Assembly: GCA_028279155.1 (NCBI GenBank)
Contig: JANQST010000344.1
Coordinates: 1-43,985 of the forward strand
Reading direction: 5' to 3'
DNA length: 43,985 bases
Source: Cyclobacteriaceae bacterium
GTDB lineage: Bacteria > Bacteroidota > Bacteroidia > Cytophagales > Cyclobacteriaceae
The notes beneath the pieces are model-generated. The model did no database searches, was not told where the DNA came from, and saw nothing but the letters and a program-made list of their open reading frames with translations. The position numbers and the translations under genes are program-made. Positions 1 to 8,024 of the stretch are shown piece after piece. Positions within the stretch are counted from its first letter, which is position 1; each line of letters opens with the position of its first letter.

Positions 1-1
1 T

Positions 2-136
2 GCCGGTGGGATCATCCCTGAACCAGACCATCAGACTCTCTATGATGCTGGGGTCTCCGAAATTTTCGGACCCGGTACTGTTATCGCTATTGCCGCTCAA
101 AAAATTCTTAACACATTGATGGCAAAAGAGTCGTAG
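2..136 (+). CDS. scpA: Methylmalonyl-CoA mutase, C-terminal end of B12-binding domain (partial, runs off window)
   Basis: Manual translation AGGIIPEPDHQTLYDAGVSEIFGPGTVIAIAAQKILNTLMAKES* matches the GG(V/I)IP...GV..IFGPGT mutase C-terminus; meaB and B12 uptake genes are nearby. Confidence 0.88.
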   Translation, partial: AGGIIPEPDHQTLYDAGVSEIFGPGTVIAIAAQKILNTLMAKES

Positions 137-175
137 CAATTCGATAAATTTATTGTCCTCAAAATCCAATATTTA

Positions 176-3100
176 ATGAAAAATTTACAATTTATCACCG
201 TAGTTGTATGCTTTCTAGTAGCGACATCCACCAATGCGCAATACGAAAAATCCATAGATAAGGCGGAAGCAAAATATGAAGTTGGGAACTATTCAGGAGC
301 ATCAGCTGACATTGCCAAAATGCTTAAAAAGGCTACCAAGAAGCTAGGCGAGAAGAATCCATTCAATGCAATCGGCCTAATTAAGCAAGCCAAAATTAAT
401 GTTGGCTTAGGCCAGTTAACCGATGTATTGGATCCCCTTGAAAGAGGAATTGCCATGAGTGAAGAAGTGAACGGTCTTGAATCAGCAGAACACGGGTTTA
501 TCCTTGTAGAAGCTGCAGATGTGCTAATCGAATACGGTCATTTCCGGCTGGCGGGTGAATATTTAGAGCAAGCGGAGAAATCATTCGAAAGTTCAGGATC
601 CATGATCGAAGACATCAAAGCAAGTATTGAAGTTCAAAAAGCACAGGTACTTGATGGAAAGGGGTTCTATAGCGATGCAATCAAATTAGTTGATAATCAG
701 GCAGATTATTATTTACAGCGTGCTATGGCTGCTGAAGGCAGTAAGAAAAAACGAGAAGGAAGAACGTCAGAATTTGCAAAGCTCATCATCGTAAAGGCAA
801 ATGCCCTACGAAAAATGGGAGACTATATAAGAGCAGATTCAGCTTTCGTCTTCAATGATCGCTGGATAGATGACAACATGAAGAAAAGTCACCTACTCTG
901 GGCGCAGAATGCATTCCTCAATGCCAAACTCCTGGAAGAAAGTGGCTTGGCAGTGGAAGCTCAGGTTAAGCTATTCGAAGATGCTTATGTCTGGGCAATT
1001 CGAAAATATGAGTTTTCACACAATACAGTGATGTCTATGCAGGCCAACCTCATGCGTGCCTACTATAGAACAGGGAAAAAAGGCAAGCTTAACATTACCA
1101 CCAATGACTTCAAGAAAGCATTAAGGGAATTCAAAAAAACAAGTATTCATAACCTTGCTGAAGACAAAATGGATCTGAATTTCGATTTGGCGGATCAGGA
1201 TGTCAAGAGATTGGAAGATAAAGTCAACAAGCTATTAAGTGAACCTGCTGTTCCTCAAATGCATCTCGAACGAGTAGAACTTCTTGAATTTGCTAAAAAA
1301 GTAGCTTTGCTTGCCGGCCGTCATAAAAACACCGAAGGATATGATACACAAATATTGACGATTAAAGAGGAACTCTTAGGAAAAGAAGCTCCTGACTATC
1401 ATCTCACAAAAGTAAAGCTTGCAAACTATTACGTTGACTACACCGATAAATTCGAAGAAGCTGAACAAATCTACGAGGAGAGTTACAGAGGGATAGTAGA
1501 AAAAGAAATTACCGATGGGCATGTAGATTACCTGGATATCCAAAACCATCTGGCAACTTTTTATGAGGAGTCAGACAACTATGAGGAAGCTTCAAGAATT
1601 CTTGACATTGCGCTTTTAGCAGCAAGAAAAAAGTATGATAACAGGGATATCGAATATGGAAAGGAACTTGACAAAATTGCTAACCTGCAAATAAACATCG
1701 GAGAATACGATAAGGCTACAGACAATCTTGAAGAGGCTCTAGACATCATGTCTGAATCAAAGGTTGAAGAATCAGGGGCTTATATGGCAGGTGCTTTGAT
1801 TACAGAAGCGAAATTACTTTCCATCAAGGGCCAATTTGATGAGGCAGAGGATAACATCTACAACTCTGATCGTCTTCAAAATCGAAGCGTATTGACACTA
1901 GAAACCTCCGGATTAGATTATGTCGATGATCTCGGCGGGCTATACCTCAATATTGGAAGATATTCAGATGCTGAAAAAGCTTTGTCAGAATCATTGAAAG
2001 AAAAAACGGCTCAATTCGGGCCATCAAGTCGTCATTTGAATACACCGTTGATTCTTAATGCAAAACTGAATCTGATCAAAGGTGACTATACTGAAGCGGA
2101 GCAATTGTCCAGAAGAGCAAACACAATTACCATAGCTGCTTTTGGTGAGGAGTCTTCGAAAGTAGTTCCGTCCATTCTTCAGCTTGCAGATGTTTATGTT
2201 ACCATTGGCGATTTTGAAAAGGCCGAAACGCTTTTGAAAAATGCAATAAGAATTCAAAAGAATAAGTTTGGTGAGGAGCATATTGATGTAGCCAAGTCTA
2301 CTTCCAGGCTCGCTTTGGTTTATTTTTTCCAGGAGAAACCATTGACTCAAGTCCAGTCGCTATTCCAGGAAGCAGAGCGTATTATTGGCAAAAAGCTTGG
2401 ATCTGAAAACCCAACCTATGCTGAAATCCTGAAAAATATGGCTATTGCAAACATTGCTTCAGGTAATTATTCACTTGCCTTTAGTTACCTGAGCCAGGCG
2501 GAGAGCATCTGGTCGAAACGAATTGGGAAAAGAAACAACATCAACGCAGCAAGTGCAGCGGTTTTAAAAGGCGATATCTATTACAAACAAAGGAATTATA
2601 CAGAAGCTGAGAAGTTCTATGAAAATGCACGCAGGCAGTACGATCGGGTTTTTAGTAAGACGCACCCAGAGTTTGTAAAAGTTCAGTCGAAACTAAGCAA
2701 GACCTACTTCATGCAAGCAAGGTATAAGGACTCGCAGGATGAGATGGAAGAAGTACTTGCCAACTACAAGAACTTTATCAGTGAATACTTCCCTGCACTC
2801 AGTGAGCGGGAAAAAGCTAAATTTTGGAATACGATCAAAGCGGATTATGAATTCTATAACACACTGATCATAAGTAGAAACAGGAGCGCCAAATACATTG
2901 GCGAGTTGTATAACAATGCCCTCCTTACCAAGGCTCTCTTGTTGAACTCCTCTATTAAAGTGCGTCAAAGAATCATGAACAGCGGAGATGAAGAGCTGGT
3001 ATCGATGTACAGCAAGTGGATTGAAGAGAAAGAGCTTCTAACCGCAGCCTTGTCAATGAGTACGCAAGATCTCGCTACTAATGGTATCGATCCGGCTGCA

Positions 3101-4375
3101 CTTTCGAACAGTCTTGAATTGTTAGAAAAAAATATGAGTTTGAAATCGGAAATTTTCGCCGAATCAGCTGATAATCAACCTGTTGTTTGGGAGAATATAA
3201 AAGAGTCTCTTGGACCTAATGAGGTTGCTATTGAAATGGTCCGGTTTAGGCTCTTCGATCACGCATTCACAGATTCTGTGATGTACGCGCTTATCTATGT
3301 GAAAGGAGATAAACGATCTGAACCAAAAATGATCTTGTTGGAAGATGGTGAAGAATTGGAACAGCGCTACCTGAAAACATATCGAAACAGTATCAAATTC
3401 AAAATCTCGGATAGGTTCTCCTATGAAAAATTCTGGGCCCCTATTGAAAATGAAATTGGTATCGTATCCACTCTCTATGTATCTCCTGATGGGGTATACA
3501 ACCAAATTAATTTGGAAGCCATACCAACACCTGATGGTAGGTATGTTCTGGACAACTCCAATATAGTTCTTGTCAGTAATACTAAAGACCTCTATGTAAG
3601 TAAGCAGAAAAGTAAACCTGTGGCAGAAAAGGAAATTGCTATGATGTTTGGAAACCCGCAGTTTTATGTCACTACTCAGCCAGGAAGTCCACTTCCGAGC
3701 TCAGGGCTGAGCCGGACTACTGCAGAAGTTGTTAGTCCACTTCCGGGAACAGAAAGAGAAATCCAGGAGCTAAATGAGCTGCTGGATAGAAAAGGATGGG
3801 AAACCGAGCTCTATACTGAGGTAAACGCAACAGAAAACTCAATTAAGGAAGTTTCCAATCCAAGAATCTTCCATGTAGCTACGCACGGTTTCTTTAAGGA
3901 TGAGAAAAAGGCCTCTAGCCTGGATCAAGAATTCAACGAAAGTGCTGCGTATGATAATCCCTTGCTAAAAACCGGCCTCTTACTAACTGGCGCGGGCGAT
4001 ATTTTAAATCAGACACAGTTTAATTACAATGTCAACAACGGGATTCTAACCGCATATGAAGCAATGAACCTCAACCTGGATCAAACAGACCTTGTTGTGC
4101 TCTCCGCTTGCGAAACAGGCCTTGGGGAGCTTCAAGCTGGAGAAGGTGTTTACGGTCTGCAACGTGCATTCCTTGTGGCCGGAGCCAGAACGATTATCAT
4201 GAGTCTCTTTAAAGTAAGTGATGAGGCTACCCAGCAGTTGATGATTAAGTTCTATAGGAAATGGATCGAAACAGGTAACAAACGACAGGCATTTATAGAT
4301 GCTAAGAAAGAGATTCGTAACGAATACCGTGATCCAATCTATTGGGGTCCATTTGTAATGATCGGATTGGATTAA
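176..4375 (+). CDS. Secreted TPR-repeat CHAT-domain (caspase-like, HetF family) protease
   Basis: Sec-type signal peptide (..ATSTNA/Q), long TPR array, CHAT motifs VSPDG, PLPGT, HVATHG (His), LVVLSACETGLG (Cys), PIYWGPF. Confidence 0.93.
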   Translation: MKNLQFITVVVCFLVATSTNAQYEKSIDKAEAKYEVGNYSGASADIAKMLKKATKKLGEKNPFNAIGLIKQAKINVGLGQLTDVLDPLERGIAMSEEVNGLESAEHGFILVEAADVLIEYGHFRLAGEYLEQAEKSFESSGSMIEDIKASIEVQKAQVLDGKGFYSDAIKLVDNQADYYLQRAMAAEGSKKKREGRTSEFAKLIIVKANALRKMGDYIRADSAFVFNDRWIDDNMKKSHLLWAQNAFLNAKLLEESGLAVEAQVKLFEDAYVWAIRKYEFSHNTVMSMQANLMRAYYRTGKKGKLNITTNDFKKALREFKKTSIHNLAEDKMDLNFDLADQDVKRLEDKVNKLLSEPAVPQMHLERVELLEFAKKVALLAGRHKNTEGYDTQILTIKEELLGKEAPDYHLTKVKLANYYVDYTDKFEEAEQIYEESYRGIVEKEITDGHVDYLDIQNHLATFYEESDNYEEASRILDIALLAARKKYDNRDIEYGKELDKIANLQINIGEYDKATDNLEEALDIMSESKVEESGAYMAGALITEAKLLSIKGQFDEAEDNIYNSDRLQNRSVLTLETSGLDYVDDLGGLYLNIGRYSDAEKALSESLKEKTAQFGPSSRHLNTPLILNAKLNLIKGDYTEAEQLSRRANTITIAAFGEESSKVVPSILQLADVYVTIGDFEKAETLLKNAIRIQKNKFGEEHIDVAKSTSRLALVYFFQEKPLTQVQSLFQEAERIIGKKLGSENPTYAEILKNMAIANIASGNYSLAFSYLSQAESIWSKRIGKRNNINAASAAVLKGDIYYKQRNYTEAEKFYENARRQYDRVFSKTHPEFVKVQSKLSKTYFMQARYKDSQDEMEEVLANYKNFISEYFPALSEREKAKFWNTIKADYEFYNTLIISRNRSAKYIGELYNNALLTKALLLNSSIKVRQRIMNSGDEELVSMYSKWIEEKELLTAALSMSTQDLATNGIDPAALSNSLELLEKNMSLKSEIFAESADNQPVVWENIKESLGPNEVAIEMVRFRLFDHAFTDSVMYALIYVKGDKRSEPKMILLEDGEELEQRYLKTYRNSIKFKISDRFSYEKFWAPIENEIGIVSTLYVSPDGVYNQINLEAIPTPDGRYVLDNSNIVLVSNTKDLYVSKQKSKPVAEKEIAMMFGNPQFYVTTQPGSPLPSSGLSRTTAEVVSPLPGTEREIQELNELLDRKGWETELYTEVNATENSIKEVSNPRIFHVATHGFFKDEKKASSLDQEFNESAAYDNPLLKTGLLLTGAGDILNQTQFNYNVNNGILTAYEAMNLNLDQTDLVVLSACETGLGELQAGEGVYGLQRAFLVAGARTIIMSLFKVSDEATQQLMIKFYRKWIETGNKRQAFIDAKKEIRNEYRDPIYWGPFVMIGLD

Positions 4376-4396
4376 GAATCCCTGAACCAAAACAAG

Positions 4397-4426
4397 AAAA
4401 GGCTATGATTTCTCATAGCCTTTTTT
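4397..4426. terminator. Intrinsic terminator after CHAT gene, probably bidirectional
   Basis: AAAA-GGCTATGA-tttc-TCATAGCC-TTTTTT. Confidence 0.85.
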
Positions 4427-4606
4427 AATTATGGAACTATCACGTAAAGATTTCTTAATCAATAACACTTGTTGATTAGAATTTGTTAGTCCCTTTTGAG
4501 TTAAGTACTAACAAATCCAAATTGAATTTAGAGGCCATTAACTACATGGTGGAATTAATCAATTCATTTCGAACATCTCACCAGTTGAAATAAAAATCTC
4601 CTCTAA

Positions 4607-4637
4607 TAAAAAACCCGATCGCTAATCGCAATCGGGT
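4607..4637 (-). terminator. Intrinsic terminator of the CHASE2 operon
   Basis: Minus strand ACCCGAT...ATCGGGT stem followed by a T run, just downstream of the stop at 4660. Confidence 0.75.
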
Positions 4638-4659
4638 CTCAATTCATACACTCAATGTT

Positions 4660-5607
4660 TTACTCTTGGTTTCTCTCTTCGAAGATCTTGATACCGTTTC
4701 TTTCAAGGATATCTCTTCGCAGTTCCTCAAAGTCTTGTACTTCGGGGCTCAATTCAATTGCCTCTTGCATCTTAGTCAGGGCATCCAGAATCAATCCATT
4801 TTCTTCGTAGAAAGAAGCATAGATTACTTTTCCAAGAGGTCCTTCTTCAGAAACCTCAGACTGCAATGCAGTAAGTCCTTCTTGATATTGTGAGGCATCA
4901 TCTCCCTTCAATTTCTTAATACCTATGGTTCCAGAAGTAACTTCAAGGTTTTCTTTTGCTTTGACTGTCAAAATATACAGGCCTTCATCATTTTTCAACT
5001 CAGGCTTTGTGAAGTCAAGGTTTACTGCGTTCCCAGCAACTTCTTCCTTGTAGATCTCTTCATCAAAAATATTTTTTACAGTAACAACATATTCATTGGC
5101 TTCAATGCCTTCCGGGCTATCCCAGGTAATAATGGCATTGTCTCCAATAACTCTAACTTCATTTGGCAACAATACTTTGATGCTTGCATCGCCAGCTAAT
5201 GCCCTGGAAACCGCTCCAGTCGCATTTAGACGCGATCTGTAGTTCGTGTTTTCCTTCTCATTCATCTTGTTGGCAAGGAACGTAGCATATCGGCTTGAAA
5301 CGCTTGCAGTCTTAGTATTAACCTTTTTTTCAAGGTCCGCTACTTTTTGACTTCCAGGTGTTCTAACCTCCAGAGTTTTTCCGGATTTATGCATTAGTCC
5401 AATGTATGCACCTTGTGAAGCAATTAATTCATCGCCAGCATTCAATGTTGCACCAGTTTTAAGAGCAACGGCGGTGGCGGCACCTGAACGTTTAACTGTG
5501 TTTTGACCTTTATTGGCAAGAACTCTAAAAACGTAGCCCTGACCATAGGCCATTTCAACAGCAAATACGAGCAGTAGTGTAAGTGTGATCGAAACAACTT
5601 TTCTCAT
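4660..5607 (-). CDS. Exported protein with FecR-like N-terminal beta domain and DUF928-like C-terminal helical region
   Basis: Signal peptide (..MAYG/Q); 'LKTGATLNAGDEL' is FecR-like; C-terminal 'ASFYEENGLILDALTKMQEAIELSP..ILERNGI' resembles the DUF928 C-terminus as recalled. Confidence 0.6.
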   Translation of the reverse strand: MRKVVSITLTLLLVFAVEMAYGQGYVFRVLANKGQNTVKRSGAATAVALKTGATLNAGDELIASQGAYIGLMHKSGKTLEVRTPGSQKVADLEKKVNTKTASVSSRYATFLANKMNEKENTNYRSRLNATGAVSRALAGDASIKVLLPNEVRVIGDNAIITWDSPEGIEANEYVVTVKNIFDEEIYKEEVAGNAVNLDFTKPELKNDEGLYILTVKAKENLEVTSGTIGIKKLKGDDASQYQEGLTALQSEVSEEGPLGKVIYASFYEENGLILDALTKMQEAIELSPEVQDFEELRRDILERNGIKIFEERNQE

Positions 5608-5638
5608 GATAATTCCAATTTGATCGGTTTTTTACAAT

Positions 5639-6886
5639 TTATAAACGTGATACTTTAAACAATTCTCTTCGCCCTTCTCTTGAGAGCGCATTTTTGACTA
5701 CTCCATAATAAACCTCCAACCCATCTCCTGATACTGCAACTGCAAACAAAAGGATCGTTAAATCCAGTTTTATGTTGTATAGATCAAGCGCGTATATCAT
5801 TATATATGGTAGTCCTATTAATTCAACAACTTGTATAACCTTCGTGACACCATCGTACCACTTAGGTAATTTTTTATAGATCCAAGAGAAGATCATGATA
5901 TTCAAGAACAAGACAACAATCATTATTGTCCATTTTTGAACCTCTGAGAGATAAGATATGTAATCCTCATTCAATATCATCGAAACTATGTTCGCATGAA
6001 CCACCCCTCCATACATATCTGGAAATGCCCGTCCGATATAAATTTCATTTAGAGGAGTGAAATATTTATCCTCTAAAGATTCTCGATCTCCCAGGTATTT
6101 TCCCAGGTAACAAAATATTACAACTTTGCCTTCAATCATTTCGGGAACGTAATTCCCAAGAAAAACATCAGACACATCAAGTGCCGCAAACTTTGTTCCG
6201 AATTTGGTCGCTCCATAATCAAGCACATTGCCTCGATAGTTAACGATTTCTTCTTCTTTAGCAGTTTGTAGAAACTTGTCAACTTTTTCAGGTGACATGT
6301 AGGATGCCAGCTTAACCGCAAATGCTTGTTGTTCTGTACCATCCGCCAATGTCAGTATCGGAGTAAATAACCTACACATCTTCAAATCTTCCTGAACACT
6401 CGCATCAGTGACCAGGTTAGCATGTGCAGAGTCTGAATTCCATGTGAACATCGGCCATGAAGTAACCAAAGAATCAAATTCATCGGTCTCTATGTTGTGC
6501 AACACCTTTGTTACCATTACCAAATTCTCAACCCTTCCCAGTGCATCCATCAGCATCAAATCACCTAGCGTGTCTTCTTTCGGGAAATGAAAAAATGTAT
6601 CCATTCCTAAAACTGCAGGATTGTACTGACTGATTGAATCAACCATCATTGCAATTCCTGCCCTGGATTCCTGCGCAATATTGACCAGAACTACGTCCTG
6701 ATCTGCAATTGGATCATCCAGGAGTTGTGAAAAATACACATCAGTGAATTCCATGTCTGAGAAAGCTTCTCCTATTGGATCCATTATGTCAAAGACCTTG
6801 AAGGCTGTGAGACTACTAAAAAGCCCCATTAAGCCCAAAATAAAAATCGTTCCTAGGATTACGTCAAGCCAAAATCTTCTAAACAT
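5639..6886 (-). CDS. CHASE2-domain membrane protein without cytoplasmic output domain
   Basis: N-terminal TM; DVVLVNI, PAVLGMDTFF, GKVVIF, YFTP, MYGGVVHANIVSMIL motifs; three C-terminal TM helices, then a short tail. Confidence 0.88.
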   Translation of the reverse strand: MFRRFWLDVILGTIFILGLMGLFSSLTAFKVFDIMDPIGEAFSDMEFTDVYFSQLLDDPIADQDVVLVNIAQESRAGIAMMVDSISQYNPAVLGMDTFFHFPKEDTLGDLMLMDALGRVENLVMVTKVLHNIETDEFDSLVTSWPMFTWNSDSAHANLVTDASVQEDLKMCRLFTPILTLADGTEQQAFAVKLASYMSPEKVDKFLQTAKEEEIVNYRGNVLDYGATKFGTKFAALDVSDVFLGNYVPEMIEGKVVIFCYLGKYLGDRESLEDKYFTPLNEIYIGRAFPDMYGGVVHANIVSMILNEDYISYLSEVQKWTIMIVVLFLNIMIFSWIYKKLPKWYDGVTKVIQVVELIGLPYIMIYALDLYNIKLDLTILLFAVAVSGDGLEVYYGVVKNALSREGRRELFKVSRL

Positions 6887-7019
6887 TGCTTTACTTTTAG
6901 AGGGTGAATTAGATTTATGCGATCATTATGCAAGTAATCATTTCTCCCTCATGTGACCAAATCCTAAATTAGAAGATTTAAATTTTTTCTTGAAATTAAA
7001 CAATTTTAACATTAAATGA

Positions 7020-8024
7020 ATGCCTAACGAAACAACTTTTCGGCGAACACCTAAAATTCATCTACAAGCCTTGCTAAATGAGCTATTTAAAGGAGATAAA
7101 ATTTCACTTGGTCGGGCCATTACGATCGTCGAAAGCAAACATCCTGAAGAAAAAAAGATTGCATCTCAACTTATAGATCAGATTCTTCCGCACTCGGGAA
7201 AGAGTTTCAAAATAGGAATCACCGGTGTGCCAGGTGTTGGCAAAAGCACGTTCATAGAAAGTTTTGGAAAAAAACTCACATCAATTGGGAAACGGGTGGC
7301 AGTTCTGTCGATTGATCCTTCAAGTACCAAAACAAAAGGGAGCATACTCGGAGATAAGACCAGAATGCCTGAATTATCGAACGATCCTAATGCATTCATT
7401 CGACCTACAGCAGCTGGGAAAAGTCTCGGAGGGGTTTCTTCTAACACTCGAGAGGCCATTATGCTTTGTGAAGCAGCTGGGTTTGAGATAATTCTAATCG
7501 AGACTGTTGGCGTAGGACAAAGCGAAACCATGGTAAAAGACATGGTTGACTATTTTCTATTGTTGATGCTTGCCGGCAGTGGTGATGAATTGCAGGGGAT
7601 AAAACGAGGAATAATGGAATTAGCTGATCATGTGTTAATTAATAAAGCGGATGGAAATATGCTTGATTCAGCAAAAAATGCCAAAGAGGATTTCAAAAGT
7701 GCGCTTCATCTTTTTCCATCAAACCCTTCCGGCTGGGTAGTACCTGTCGGACTATGCTCTGCTATCAATAAAACAGGAATTGAGGAAGCCTGGGAAACAA
7801 TCAATCAATTTCAAAAACAGATGAAAGCAAGTGGTTGGCTGGAAGCAAACCGAAAAGATCAGGCCATCCAATGGTTCCATGAAAGAATCAATAATCACCT
7901 CATTGATGATTTTTACTCGGATCATGAAAAACAAAACGAAATAAAAGAAAAGGAGGAGATGATCTCCTCCCAAAGGATTTCTGTTCGAAAAGCCATTGAT
8001 GAGCTTTTCAGAAACCGTAGCTGA
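7020..8024 (+). CDS. meaB: Methylmalonyl-CoA mutase-associated GTPase MeaB/ArgK
   Basis: RAITIVES, GITGVPGVGKST, GDKTRM, ETVGVGQSE, GDELQGIKRG, NKAD. Confidence 0.96.
   Translation: MPNETTFRRTPKIHLQALLNELFKGDKISLGRAITIVESKHPEEKKIASQLIDQILPHSGKSFKIGITGVPGVGKSTFIESFGKKLTSIGKRVAVLSIDPSSTKTKGSILGDKTRMPELSNDPNAFIRPTAAGKSLGGVSSNTREAIMLCEAAGFEIILIETVGVGQSETMVKDMVDYFLLLMLAGSGDELQGIKRGIMELADHVLINKADGNMLDSAKNAKEDFKSALHLFPSNPSGWVVPVGLCSAINKTGIEEAWETINQFQKQMKASGWLEANRKDQAIQWFHERINNHLIDDFYSDHEKQNEIKEKEEMISSQRISVRKAIDELFRNRS

Noticed and set aside
176-4375. CHAT protein as a CRISPR type III-E (Craspase) or other defence effector
   Set aside because: No cas genes, CRISPR array or SAVED/STAND domains in the window, and the protein appears exported.
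4431-4475. Mini-ORF MELSRKDFLINNTC with a Tat-like motif
   Set aside because: Only 14 codons, directly after a terminator, no hydrophobic core; likely chance.
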